In this document: in pieces, positions 18,845 through 28,608 of the stretch
Position numbering within the stretch: position 1 is the first letter of the stretch
Layout of the letters: every line of letters begins with the position of its first letter
Source: an uncultured Gemmatimonadales bacterium
Lineage (GTDB): Bacteria; Gemmatimonadota; Gemmatimonadetes; Gemmatimonadales; GWC2-71-9
Assembly (NCBI GenBank): GCA_963825055.1
Contig: CAWGSK010000009.1
Coordinates: 160,001 to 224,000 of the forward strand
DNA: 64,000 bases
Direction: 5' to 3'
Program-made: the position numbers and the translations under genes
Notes under the pieces: generated by a model
Database searches by the model: none
What the model was told of the DNA's origin: nothing
Seen by the model: the letters and a program-made list of their open reading frames with translations, nothing else

Positions 18845-20359
18845 ATGACGACTGCCATACCCCGGGACCCCGAACTACTGACCACCGGCGTGAGCGGCCT
18901 GGACGAAGTGCTGATGGGCGGGCTCCCGCGCGCGAACCTGTTCCTGGTCGAGGGAGCCCCCGGTACCGGGAAGACAACGCTCGCCCTGCAGTTCCTCCTG
19001 GAAGGAGTGCGGCGCGATGGACCGTCACTGTACGTCACGATGGCGGAGAGCCGGTCGGAGATCGGTGAGATTGCCCGCAGCCACGGCTGGGACATAGAGA
19101 ATCTCCATATTCTCGAGCTCGCCCCGCCGGACGAAGTCATGAACCCGGAAACCCAGTATACGGTATTCCATCCTTCCGACGTGGAACTGAGCCAGACCAT
19201 GCGCACGGTCTACGACGAGGTAGAGCGTCTCGAGCCCAAGCGCGTGGTCATCGACTCACTGGCGGAGCTGCGGCTGCTGTCGCAGGAAGCTATCCGGCTG
19301 CGTCGCCAGATCCTCGCCCTCAAGCAGTTTCTGGCCGGGCGGGACTGCACCGTCCTTCTCCTGGACGATGTCCGGCGCGACAAGGAGGATCTCCAGTGCG
19401 CCAGCATCTCCCACGGCGTGATCCTGCTCGAGAGCCACATGCCGGACTATGGGGGTGAACGACGCCGCCTGAGGATCCAGAAACTCCGCGGGCATCGGTA
19501 CCGGGGCGGGCATCATGACCTCAACATCCGCACGGGGGGCCTCGAGGTTTTCCCGCGGCTGGTCGCCGCGGATTATGGACACTCGAATAGACGCCCCCCC
19601 GTGAAGAGCGGGAGCGAGGCCATCGATGGCCTGACCGGCGGCGGGCTTCCGACGGGATCGAGTACGCTCTTCGCGGGGCCTGCCGGCGTGGGGAAGTCGG
19701 TCCTCGCGACGCAGTACGTGGTGGCGGCCGCGGAGCGCGGAGAGAAATCCGCCGTCCTGTTGTTCGATGAAGGCATCAGGACCTATTTCGACCGCTCCCG
19801 GGGGCTCGGGATGGACGCGCAGGGGCACGCCGAATCCGGCACGGTGCTGGTGCGCCAGATCGATCCATCCGAGGTTTCGCCGGGGCAGTTCGCGCACGAG
19901 ATCCTGCGAATGGTCGAGGACGACACGGTCCGCATGGTGGTGATCGACAGCCTGAGCGGGTACATCAACGCCATGCCTGGAGAGCACCTGCTGACGATCC
20001 ACCTGCACGAGCTGTTCACCTATCTCTCCCACCGGGGGGTGTCCGTCCTCGTCACGCTCGCCCTGGAAGGTCCATTCGGCTATGCCTCGCGTGAGGGAAC
20101 CGAGATCAGTTATCTCGCCGACGCGATCATCATGCTCCGGTACTTCGAGGCGGCCGGCGAGGTGCGGAACGCCATCTCGATGCTGAAGAAGCGGGGGGGC
20201 ACCCACGAGAAGACCATCCGGGAGTACCGGATCGGAGCCGGCGGGCTCTCGGTGGGCGAGCCGTTGACGGGATTCCGGGGCGTACTGACGGGCGTGCCCA
20301 TGTACGAGGGCAATTCAGGCCCGCTCATGGCTGGCCGACGTGACTTCAACACAGGCTGA
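18845..20359 (+). CDS. KaiC-like tandem RecA-fold ATPase
   Basis: Two Walker A motifs (GAPGTGKT, GPAGVGKS), two VIDSL, KLRG/KKRGG, and ISYLAD at the phospho-site position. Confidence 0.9.
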   Translation: MTTAIPRDPELLTTGVSGLDEVLMGGLPRANLFLVEGAPGTGKTTLALQFLLEGVRRDGPSLYVTMAESRSEIGEIARSHGWDIENLHILELAPPDEVMNPETQYTVFHPSDVELSQTMRTVYDEVERLEPKRVVIDSLAELRLLSQEAIRLRRQILALKQFLAGRDCTVLLLDDVRRDKEDLQCASISHGVILLESHMPDYGGERRRLRIQKLRGHRYRGGHHDLNIRTGGLEVFPRLVAADYGHSNRRPPVKSGSEAIDGLTGGGLPTGSSTLFAGPAGVGKSVLATQYVVAAAERGEKSAVLLFDEGIRTYFDRSRGLGMDAQGHAESGTVLVRQIDPSEVSPGQFAHEILRMVEDDTVRMVVIDSLSGYINAMPGEHLLTIHLHELFTYLSHRGVSVLVTLALEGPFGYASREGTEISYLADAIIMLRYFEAAGEVRNAISMLKKRGGTHEKTIREYRIGAGGLSVGEPLTGFRGVLTGVPMYEGNSGPLMAGRRDFNTG

Positions 20360-22010
20360 CCGCCAGTCGGCAGCTGCCCGGTCCCTGGCGCGCGAGCATC
20401 ATGGAAGCTTCGTGCTCCTGCACACGCCAACCGGCCGCGATGCGGAGCTCATGGCGGGCATCGTGTCCCGTCTGGGCGTACCGGTGCGAACGGAGGGCAC
20501 GATCGCCTCGCTCTGCGAGTCATTCGACAACGACGGGGCGATGGCGGTCATCGCCGAGGAGGCACTGGATACCGAGAGCGCCGAGGCCCTGCTGACCTGC
20601 CTCCGCAACCAGCCATCATGGTCCGACTTTCCCCTGATCCTGCTTACCAGCGCCGCCGCCATCGCCCGGCCTGGCCGCTCGGTGGCGGAGATGATCCGGA
20701 ACGAAGGCAACGTCACCCTGCTGGAGCGACCGCTGCACCCGGTCACCCTCCTCAGCGCCATCGAGTCCGCGCTTCGGGCCCGCCGCCGCCAGTACGAGGC
20801 CCGGGAGTATCTGCTCGAGCGCGAGCGTGCGGAGGAAAAGGTCCGGCAGAGCCAGAAGATGGACGCGGTCGGCCAGCTCGCGGGAGGGGTGGCGCACGAA
20901 GTGAACAACATGATGACGGCCGTGATCGGCTTCGGCGAGATCGCGCTGCGGAGACCGGATGTTCCCGCCAAGGTCCGGGAGGACATCGCCGAGATGGTGC
21001 GCGCCGGCCGTCGCGCCGCCACCATTACCCAGCAGTTGCTGGCGTTCAGCCGGCAGCAGCATCGGCGCCCCGAGGTGGTCGACCTGAACCGCACCGCGAG
21101 CGAGCTACTGGCGCTCCTCCAGCGCCTGCTGGGCGCGGGGGTGGAACTGCGGACCGAATTCCCCGACCCGCCCGTCCATATCCTGGCCGACCGGAACCAG
21201 GTCGACCAGGTCCTGATCAACCTCGCGGTCAACGCGCGGGATGCGATGCCCGGCGGCGGCACCGTGCGTATCGGCGCGGAGCGGGTGCTCCTCGATGTGG
21301 ACTTCGGCCGGGCCCACGGGTTGAGCACGCTGCGCACCGGACCCTACGTCCTGGTCACCGTCACGGACCACGGGACTGGCATGGACGCCGCGACCCGGGA
21401 GCGCGTATTCGAGCCGTTCTTCACCACCAAACCGACCGGGCGCGGTACCGGACTGGGCCTGAGCACGGTATACGGCATCGTCAAGCAGTCCGATGGCTAC
21501 ATCTGGATCTACTCCGAGGAGGGCATTGGCACGACGGTCAAGCTCTACTTCCCGGAGGTCACGGAATCCGGCCTGACGTGGAGGGAGGAATCCAAGCAGG
21601 AAGCCCGGGGCGGCGTGGAGGTGATCCTCGTGGTGGAAGATGAGGACGTCGTCCGACGCCTGGCGCGGACCGTGCTGGAAGATCAGGGCTATACGGTGCT
21701 CGAGGCCGAGGATGGCCTGGCCGCCCTCGAGCTGCTCCACAAGCGCGGAGGCGAGGTGAACCTGGTGCTCTGTGATACGGTCATGCCCCGCATGAACGGA
21801 CGTGAATTCGTCCACCGGGCCCACCAGGTCTATCCGCACCTGCCCGTGCTGTTCATGTCGGGATACGCGAGTCGCGATGTCGCCGACCGGGGGCTGCTGG
21901 CCAGCGAATCGCCCTTTCTGCAGAAACCGTTCTCACCCGAGCGCCTGGCCCGGCGGGTCCGCGAACTGCTCGACAGCGCGGCGCAGCGCGGGAAACCGAC
22001 CGGCGGATGA
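20340..22010 (+). CDS. Hybrid sensor histidine kinase (degenerate N-terminal REC, HisKA, HATPase, REC)
   Basis: GVAHEVNN, NLAVNARDAM, FEPFFTTK, GTGLGL, LVVEDE...DTVMP...KPF. Confidence 0.93.
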   Translation: MTSTQADRQSAAARSLAREHHGSFVLLHTPTGRDAELMAGIVSRLGVPVRTEGTIASLCESFDNDGAMAVIAEEALDTESAEALLTCLRNQPSWSDFPLILLTSAAAIARPGRSVAEMIRNEGNVTLLERPLHPVTLLSAIESALRARRRQYEAREYLLERERAEEKVRQSQKMDAVGQLAGGVAHEVNNMMTAVIGFGEIALRRPDVPAKVREDIAEMVRAGRRAATITQQLLAFSRQQHRRPEVVDLNRTASELLALLQRLLGAGVELRTEFPDPPVHILADRNQVDQVLINLAVNARDAMPGGGTVRIGAERVLLDVDFGRAHGLSTLRTGPYVLVTVTDHGTGMDAATRERVFEPFFTTKPTGRGTGLGLSTVYGIVKQSDGYIWIYSEEGIGTTVKLYFPEVTESGLTWREESKQEARGGVEVILVVEDEDVVRRLARTVLEDQGYTVLEAEDGLAALELLHKRGGEVNLVLCDTVMPRMNGREFVHRAHQVYPHLPVLFMSGYASRDVADRGLLASESPFLQKPFSPERLARRVRELLDSAAQRGKPTGG

Positions 22011-23029
22011 GCAACCGGCCGGGCTTCCTCGACCGGGCCGGCTGGGGCGTGGCACTGCTGGCGGGTGCCGGCCTCCTGCTGCTGGCGTGGTATGCGCGAA
22101 GCGTCCTCCTGGTGGTGTTTGCGGGGATCCTGCTGGGCGTGATCCTGCGATGGCCGGGGGAGTGGCTCCACCGGAAGACGGGGCTCAACGCCGCCGCGGG
22201 GGTGGGGCTCGTGAGTTTTGTCGTCTTCGCCACTCTGCTGGGTGTGTTCTGGTTACAGGGAGGCGCGATCGCCAGGCAGGCCCATGAGCTCGGACAGCAG
22301 CTGCCTCAGGCCATCGACCGCCTCAGGGAACAGGTCGCCGGGACAGACTGGGGCGAAGCGGTACTGAACCGCATTCCCCCGACGGAGAAACTGATACCTG
22401 CGGGAAGTGCTGCCCTGGCGCGGCTGGCCGGCGTCCTCTCGAGCACGTTCGCCGTTGCAGCGGCGGTCGCCGTCATCGGTTTCCTCGGCCTCGTCACCGG
22501 CCTGTTCCCCCGGCACTACACCATTCCGGTCATCAGCCTCGTGCCAAAGGCGCGCCGTGACCGGGTGCGTGAGGTGATGAGCGCGGTGGCAAGCACCCTG
22601 CGCTGGTGGATGTTCGGCCGCATGCTGGACATGGTCGTGGTAGGCGTACTCACGCTGATCGGCCTGTGGCTGCTGGGAATCCCCCTGGCATTTGTCCTCG
22701 CCCTGATCGCCGCCGTCCTCACCTTCGTTCCCAACATCGGCCCGATTGCCGCAGCCATCCCCGCAATCCTCCTGGGCCTCATGGACAGTGTCACCCTTGC
22801 CCTGTATGTGGCCGCGCTGTATACGGCGGTCCAGATCTTCGACTCATGGATCATGATGCCGATCGTCGACAAGAAGACCATCTACCTGCCACCTGCCGCC
22901 ACGATCACCGCCCAGCTTGTGCTCGGCGTGTTCTGCGGCATCCTTGGCGTGGCGATGGCAACCCCCCTGCTCGCCACCGGCGTCGTCATCGTCCGCATGC
23001 TGTACGTGGAGGACAGGCTGGGAGGATAG
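22007..23029 (+). CDS. AI-2E family transporter
   Basis: Hydrophobic; FVPNIGP, LPPA, GVAMATPL; ATGA overlap with the kinase. Confidence 0.88.
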   Translation: MSNRPGFLDRAGWGVALLAGAGLLLLAWYARSVLLVVFAGILLGVILRWPGEWLHRKTGLNAAAGVGLVSFVVFATLLGVFWLQGGAIARQAHELGQQLPQAIDRLREQVAGTDWGEAVLNRIPPTEKLIPAGSAALARLAGVLSSTFAVAAAVAVIGFLGLVTGLFPRHYTIPVISLVPKARRDRVREVMSAVASTLRWWMFGRMLDMVVVGVLTLIGLWLLGIPLAFVLALIAAVLTFVPNIGPIAAAIPAILLGLMDSVTLALYVAALYTAVQIFDSWIMMPIVDKKTIYLPPAATITAQLVLGVFCGILGVAMATPLLATGVVIVRMLYVEDRLGG

Positions 23030-23123
23030 AACACCCTGCCGGGCGTTCGGCCTGGATACGGGAGCATGGATGTTTCATCGCTCTGACCTCCCGATCACCT
23101 CATCTCTAAACCCTGTACATCCC

Positions 23124-23167
23124 CCATTCACTCCGTTCACCGTTTACCGTTCACCTCTCACCTTTCA
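23124..23167. repeat. Degenerate heptamer array (CCGTTCA-like) x6
   Basis: ccattca..ccgttca ccgttta ccgttca cctctca cctttca. Confidence 0.8.
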
Positions 23168-23179
23168 CTCCCTGGCCCC

Positions 23180-24577
23180 TTGGACATACGCCTGCACCTC
23201 CCCCGCAGTACCACGCCGGTCAAGGGCGAATTCGTCCTCTACTGGATGCAGGGCGTAACCCTTCGTGCCCATGACAACCCGGCCCTCAATTTCGCGGTCG
23301 AGCGCGCGAACAACATGGGGCTCCCGGTGCTCGTGTATCACGGCCTGCGCCACGACTATCCCTGGGCCAGCGACCGCCTGCACACGTTCATCCTCGAGTC
23401 CGCGCTCGACCTCCGGCAGGCCTTCGCCGACCGCGGCATCCGGTACGCCTTCTATCTGGACCGCAACCGCTCCAGCCGGCCAAAGGAATCCCCACTGCTC
23501 GCGCTGGCACGTCGGGCGTCTCTGGTCGTGACGGATTTTTTCCCGACATTCATCATTCCACGGCAGACCCGGGCGCTCCGGAAGAGGATTGCGGCCCCTG
23601 TCATCGCCGTCGAGTCAGCCACCGTCGTGCCGATGTCCCACTTCAGGGACCAGCATGCCACGGCGCGCGGCATGAGGCCCCGCCTGCACGAGATGCTGCC
23701 GCACTACCTGCATCGGGTGGGCGACATCGAGCCAGCCTGGACCGGGCGGTTCGAGGTTCCCTTCGACGACGCGGTGGCCGGCATTGACGCACGGCGGGCC
23801 CGGGCGGAAATCGCCGCTCTCGCCGCCGAATGCGACATCGACCACTCTGTTCCTCCCGCCCGGACCATCCGGGGAGGGGCACGCGCGGCGCGTGAACGAC
23901 TCGACCGATTTCTCGATCATGGCCTGCGCCATTACGAACCCGACCGGAACGACCCGACCCGCGATGCCACCAGCGGCCTGAGCCCCTATCTCCATTTCGG
24001 GAACATCAGTATCCAGGACGTCCTGCTCTCCGCGCAGGAGGCGGGGCCGGCCCATCAGTATGCCAAGTTCAAAGACGAGGCGCTCGTGTGGCGTGAGCTC
24101 GCCCACAATTTCGTTTTTCACGACCGGAGGCACCGGACACCGGCCGCCGTACCCGACTGGGCCCGGAAGGAACTCGACGACCACGAAGGCGACCCGAGGC
24201 CACGCATCTACACCGCGAGGGAACTGGAGGAAGCCCGCACGGACTCTCCCCTCTGGAACGCCGCCCAGCGGTCCTACCTTGTCGACGGCTACATGCACAA
24301 CTACGTGCGGATGTTGTGGGGGAAGGCGGCCCTGCAGTGGACGAATACCTGGCGTCACGCCCTCAAGGTGCTTGAGGACTTGAACAACCGGTACGCGCTG
24401 GACGGGCGGGATCCGAACAGCTACGGCGGCATCCACTGGATCTTCGGGAAGTTCGACCGGCCATTCTATCGCCGGCCGGTATTCGGAACCGTACGCTACA
24501 TGAGCCTGGAAGCGGCGAAGAAGAAATTCGACGTGGAGGAATACATCCGGATCCACAGCGTGAAGGGCGAGGGGTGA
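23180..24577 (+). CDS. Deoxyribodipyrimidine photolyase, class II type
   Basis: VLYWMQ..LRAHDNPAL, SGLSPYLHFG, WNAAQ, MHNYVRMLWGK, DGRDPNSY, FDRP. Confidence 0.92.
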   Translation: MDIRLHLPRSTTPVKGEFVLYWMQGVTLRAHDNPALNFAVERANNMGLPVLVYHGLRHDYPWASDRLHTFILESALDLRQAFADRGIRYAFYLDRNRSSRPKESPLLALARRASLVVTDFFPTFIIPRQTRALRKRIAAPVIAVESATVVPMSHFRDQHATARGMRPRLHEMLPHYLHRVGDIEPAWTGRFEVPFDDAVAGIDARRARAEIAALAAECDIDHSVPPARTIRGGARAARERLDRFLDHGLRHYEPDRNDPTRDATSGLSPYLHFGNISIQDVLLSAQEAGPAHQYAKFKDEALVWRELAHNFVFHDRRHRTPAAVPDWARKELDDHEGDPRPRIYTARELEEARTDSPLWNAAQRSYLVDGYMHNYVRMLWGKAALQWTNTWRHALKVLEDLNNRYALDGRDPNSYGGIHWIFGKFDRPFYRRPVFGTVRYMSLEAAKKKFDVEEYIRIHSVKGEG

Positions 24578-24581
24578 CCGC

Positions 24582-25250
24582 CTACCTGATGGTCACCCCC
24601 AGGGAGATAAGCACGTCATGCTGGGTTCGTCGAAAATCGGACGGGGCCTGGATCGGGATGGCGGAGGCGTCCAGCCGATCCAGTGGAAAGGCAATCGGAG
24701 TCAGGTCGGAACCATACACATAGTCGTCAATGCCGAGCCGCAGCTGCATGAGGCCGGCGAGCCCGACACCGGCGGATGCGCCAAGGACGCCCCCGAAGCG
24801 GGTCCGGTGCATCCGGGAACTGTAGGCTGGCCCGCCATGGTCCACGATGGCCAGTCCGCCGCTCACCCGCAGATCGAGGCTGCGACGCGGCGCGAGGACC
24901 GCCCACGAGAGCCTGGCGGCCCCGCTGACGACGTGCGCGTCCACGGTCTCCTCGAATCCTTCCAGACGTTCGAGTTGTCCGGGCGAGTCGTTGTGAACAC
25001 GGACAGCGCTCGGGGCATACTCTGCCGACAGTTCCAGCCCGATCCGTCGCCAGAGTGCCAGGCTGACCCGTGCGCCCGCCGCGATGCTGGGTTTGTGGCG
25101 AAGGGTTGTTCCGTCCCCAAGCCGGGCCGCGTCCGCGGTGGGGGTGAGGAGACCGAGATAGGGGGTGAAGGCGAGTTCAGCCGACTGCGCGGCGAGGGGT
25201 GCCACGGGAACCAGGAGAAGGATGAGGAGACGCAGGGACCGGCTGGGCAC
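24582..25250 (-). CDS. Small outer-membrane beta-barrel-like hypothetical protein
   Basis: Signal peptide, amphipathic beta strands, QHDVLISLGVTIR C-terminus. Confidence 0.65.
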   Translation of the reverse strand: MPSRSLRLLILLLVPVAPLAAQSAELAFTPYLGLLTPTADAARLGDGTTLRHKPSIAAGARVSLALWRRIGLELSAEYAPSAVRVHNDSPGQLERLEGFEETVDAHVVSGAARLSWAVLAPRRSLDLRVSGGLAIVDHGGPAYSSRMHRTRFGGVLGASAGVGLAGLMQLRLGIDDYVYGSDLTPIAFPLDRLDASAIPIQAPSDFRRTQHDVLISLGVTIR

Positions 25251-25332
25251 GGATGACTCCGATGGTGAGGCTCACGATCAGACCCTCGGGACCATCTTCC
25301 CGTCACAACCGCTCCCCGGCGTCTTCCTGCAG

Positions 25333-25755
25333 TTATTGCTTCTGCATTATGATCGTGACCGCGGTTCCGTCGATGTCGCCGGTGAGCGTCAGCGTCGTCC
25401 CGCTTCGGCTCCAGTCAAACGCGGTGTCATCCATGGTCCCGGGATCCAGGGTGAGGGTCGTGCTCGTGCTGGAGTAGGGTCCGGTCAGCGTGCAGTCCGT
25501 TCCAGTGTCACAGAGCCCGGCCACATCGTTGGTGATCTCGATGGAATAGTTGTCGTTCGACTGGAGTGTGATCGTAATGGACGTCCCCTGCTGGATGAGG
25601 TCGCCCTGCCCCTGCACCGCGAAGCTGGTGACGCTCCAGGTGCCGACCAGGGCGCTGGCATTGGGGCCGTTCGAGTCGCTACCGCACGCCGCGGCAAAGG
25701 CGAAGATGACGAGCAGCGATGCCACCCGGGCGAAACTGGTACGCGTGATTCGCAT
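25333..25755 (-). CDS. Lipocalin-like domain lipoprotein
   Basis: Lipobox AAAC, LVGTW motif; GAGGAG RBS. Confidence 0.72.
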   Translation of the reverse strand: MRITRTSFARVASLLVIFAFAAACGSDSNGPNASALVGTWSVTSFAVQGQGDLIQQGTSITITLQSNDNYSIEITNDVAGLCDTGTDCTLTGPYSSTSTTLTLDPGTMDDTAFDWSRSGTTLTLTGDIDGTAVTIIMQKQ

Positions 25756-25811
25756 GATACTCTCCTCGTTCAAGTCTCCCGCCAGATACCTGCGTACTAC
25801 TACCTGACCAC

Positions 25812-25839
25812 CTATTCGCTACTCGCTATCCGCTACTCG
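25812..25839. repeat. Heptamer array (CTAYYCG) x4 containing the rnz stop codon
   Basis: ctattcg ctactcg ctatccg ctactcg. Confidence 0.75.
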
Positions 25840-26753
25840 CCATCCTCATACCCGACCTCCACCGTCATACCGTCCTTCGCGATGGTCACCTCCGGGAAGA
25901 TGCTCCGGGCCTCCTCGACCAGTTCGCTCACGTCGAGCGAGTACCGGGGGCTGATATGGGTCAGCACCAGTTGCCGGACGCCAGCCCTTCGGGCCACCTC
26001 CGCAGCCTCCCGCGCCGTGGAATGGCCAGTTTCCCGGGCGCGGGCGATTTCGAGGTCGCCGAAAGTCGCCTCGTGGACCAGAAGGTCTGCCCCCTCCGCC
26101 GCCAGGACCACCGGGGGATGGGGGCGGGTGTCCCCCGTATAGACAACGGTCCGGCCTGGTCTCGGGTCCCCTACCAGGTCGGCGGGGGCCACCGTCCGGC
26201 CGTCCGGCAGTTGTATGGCTTCGCCCGCGTGGAGCTTTCCCCAGAGCGGCCCCTCCGGAATCCCGAGTTCCCGGGCCCGTTCGGGGTGGAACCGCCCCAG
26301 GCGCTCGTGCTCCGCCAGGGCGTAGCCGACCGTGTGGCTCCGGTGCTCGGTCTCGAACACGCGGACCTGGTACTCCTCCCGGTCCAGGACATCCCCCGGC
26401 TGCACCTCCACGATCTCCACCGGAAACTTCGTCCGCTCGATCCCCACCTTGAGCAGGCCGCCGAGCACGTCCTCGGCGCCCTTTGGGCCATAGAGCACCA
26501 GCGGGGCCGTACGATCCTGGAGACCCATCGTCCGCACCAGCCCCACGAGCCCCAGAAAATGGTCAGAGTGGTAATGCGTGAAGAAGATCTGCCCGAACGC
26601 GAAGCTCACCCCGTACCGCATCATCTGGCGCTGGGTACCCTCCCCGCAGTCGAAGAGAATGGTCTCCCCCTCGCGCTTCAGTGCGACGCAACTGGTGTTG
26701 CGCTGCACCGTAGGACAGGCGGCGGAGGTGCCCAGGAAGGTGAGAGAGAGCAT
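25833..26753 (-). CDS. rnz: Ribonuclease Z
   Basis: FLGTSAACPT..RN, FDCGEGTQRQ, THYHSDH, exosite GPLWGKL, GDT, HEATF, HST, LTHISPRY. Confidence 0.95.
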   Translation of the reverse strand: MLSLTFLGTSAACPTVQRNTSCVALKREGETILFDCGEGTQRQMMRYGVSFAFGQIFFTHYHSDHFLGLVGLVRTMGLQDRTAPLVLYGPKGAEDVLGGLLKVGIERTKFPVEIVEVQPGDVLDREEYQVRVFETEHRSHTVGYALAEHERLGRFHPERARELGIPEGPLWGKLHAGEAIQLPDGRTVAPADLVGDPRPGRTVVYTGDTRPHPPVVLAAEGADLLVHEATFGDLEIARARETGHSTAREAAEVARRAGVRQLVLTHISPRYSLDVSELVEEARSIFPEVTIAKDGMTVEVGYEDGE

Positions 26754-26968
26754 GCAAAGCCGGGTTGGAAGTGTTGTCGAACTGCGTGAAAGGCCAACGG
26801 TCAAAGGTAAAAGGGCCGCCCGTCATCCTTCACCGTTCACCCTCACCAGCGCCTCATCAAACCGGCTCGAGCACTGGGTCTGCGCTGTTCCTGTCATCCC
26901 GCCTCTCCCCGGCCACCGGGGTCGCGTGTCGTTCACCAGACTCCGCGATACCGTGAGCCCGCCACCCG

Positions 26969-27847
26969 TCAAAACACCTTGAACTGCACCGTCAGCTTCC
27001 CAGGATCGGCCTTGATGCTGTTCAGCAGCTCGCGCATGCTGCTGGTCATGTCCCGCAGCTCGGTGTAGAACGTCGTGTCCGTGGCCAGTTTTCCCAGTGT
27101 CCCCTGGCCGCGGTTGACCGCGGAGAGCAGCGAGTCAAGGCTGGCGCCCGTGCGCTCGAACTGCATTGTCATCCGGTTCAGGCTCGTGGTGAGACTGTCG
27201 GTCCGCTGCAGCGTGTTCCGCAAGCCCGGGCTGCCCAGGGTTTCCGTCAGCTGCTCACTGAGTTCCTGCATTGAAGCGAGGGTGCGGTTGGCCTGGGCGG
27301 TCGAGGCGGGCAGCTGGGTGGCCATCACGTCCGCGAGCCGGCGGAGCGAGTTGATCATCGCCCGCATGTCATCAGCGGTCTGCTGGTTCAGGAAGGTCTG
27401 GGCTCCCATCAGGACCGTATCCGCGCGGTCTCCCAGCCTGGCGGCCAGGTCGCTGAGCCCACTTTCCACCTCGCCGTCGATGGGCGTGCCGGGAGGCAGT
27501 GGGGCTCCCGTCCCCGGATCAAGGACGATAGCCACGTCGCCCACCAGGCCGACGCTCACGATCGTGGCCTTCGCGTCCGCCTTCGGCTCCACCTTGTCGA
27601 GCCCTACCGTCACGAGAACATCGTTGAGGCTCCGGAGTTCGATCTGCTCGACCCGGCCGACGGACACGCCCGAGACGGTCACGGGGGAGCCCGTCTTCAG
27701 GTTGCCGATTTCCGGGAAGCGGATCGGGAGGTGTCCCCCCGAGCCGAAGGACCGTCCCGAGAGCCACATCGTCCCGAGGATGAAGAGGATGATACCCAGG
27801 AGGACGAGGCCCCCGACGGTGACTTCACGCTGGTAGTGGAGATCCAT
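26969..27847 (-). CDS. mlaD: MlaD/MCE-family protein
   Basis: N-terminal TM, GSPVTVSGVSVGRV, helical region, GTLGKL. Confidence 0.88.
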   Translation of the reverse strand: MDLHYQREVTVGGLVLLGIILFILGTMWLSGRSFGSGGHLPIRFPEIGNLKTGSPVTVSGVSVGRVEQIELRSLNDVLVTVGLDKVEPKADAKATIVSVGLVGDVAIVLDPGTGAPLPPGTPIDGEVESGLSDLAARLGDRADTVLMGAQTFLNQQTADDMRAMINSLRRLADVMATQLPASTAQANRTLASMQELSEQLTETLGSPGLRNTLQRTDSLTTSLNRMTMQFERTGASLDSLLSAVNRGQGTLGKLATDTTFYTELRDMTSSMRELLNSIKADPGKLTVQFKVF

Positions 27848-27855
27848 GGATACCG

Positions 27856-28608
27856 TCAGGCCGCGTAGGAGGAATCTTCAAAATCGCGCTCGAGGAACGC
27901 CTTCACCTTCGGGTTGTCCGACTCCCGGAATTCCTGCTGCGTTCCCTGGAGCACGATGCATCCGTCACTGAGCAGCGCCAGGCGGTCCGAGACGCGGAAG
28001 GCACCCCGCACGTCGTGGGTTACCATGATGCTGGTCACGCCCAGCTCCTCCGCCAGCCGCTTGACCAGCTCATCGATGATGTCGGCGTTCACGGGGTCGA
28101 GTCCGGAGGTAGGCTCGTCGTACAGGAGGTATTTGGGGCTCCCAGCCACCGCGCGTGCGATGCCCACCCGCTTCCGCATCCCGCCGGACAGCTCGGCGGG
28201 GTACTTCTGCGCCACGTCGGGAGCCAGGTTCACCAGTCCAAGCGTCTCGGGTACCCGCTTGCGGCAGTAGTCCATGCTGCCATAACACTCCTGGTCCGCG
28301 ATGCCGAGCCGGATGTTTTCGAAGACGTTCATCGAGTCGAAGAGAGCCCCGTTCTGGAAGACATACCCGATCCGGGTCCGGAGTTCCGCCAGTTCCTTCC
28401 GCTTCAGGTGTCCTACGTCCCTGTCATCCACCAGGACCCGGCCGCTGTCGGGTCGGATGAGGCCGATGATGTGCTTGAGCAGGACGCTCTTGCCGGTGCC
28501 GGACGGGCCCAGGAGCGCGACCGTCTCCCCCTCCTCGACGCTGAAGTCCACCCCGTCCAGGACCACCTGGTCGCCAAAGCGTTTGTGCACGTTCTCGAGC
28601 TGAATCAT
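27856..28608 (-). CDS. mlaF: MlaF-type ABC ATP-binding protein
   Basis: GPSGTGKS, FQNGALFDS, LSGGMRKRV, YDEPTSGLDP. Confidence 0.92.
   Translation of the reverse strand: MIQLENVHKRFGDQVVLDGVDFSVEEGETVALLGPSGTGKSVLLKHIIGLIRPDSGRVLVDDRDVGHLKRKELAELRTRIGYVFQNGALFDSMNVFENIRLGIADQECYGSMDYCRKRVPETLGLVNLAPDVAQKYPAELSGGMRKRVGIARAVAGSPKYLLYDEPTSGLDPVNADIIDELVKRLAEELGVTSIMVTHDVRGAFRVSDRLALLSDGCIVLQGTQQEFRESDNPKVKAFLERDFEDSSYAA

Noticed and set aside
18845..20359. Bona fide circadian clock
   Set aside because: No kaiA or kaiB in the window, non-canonical phospho-site, and a kinase-linked context.
26864..26959. SRP RNA, 6S RNA or tRNA assignment
   Set aside because: It lacks the SRP helix-8 GNRA/AGCAG signature and tRNA arms, and is short for 6S.
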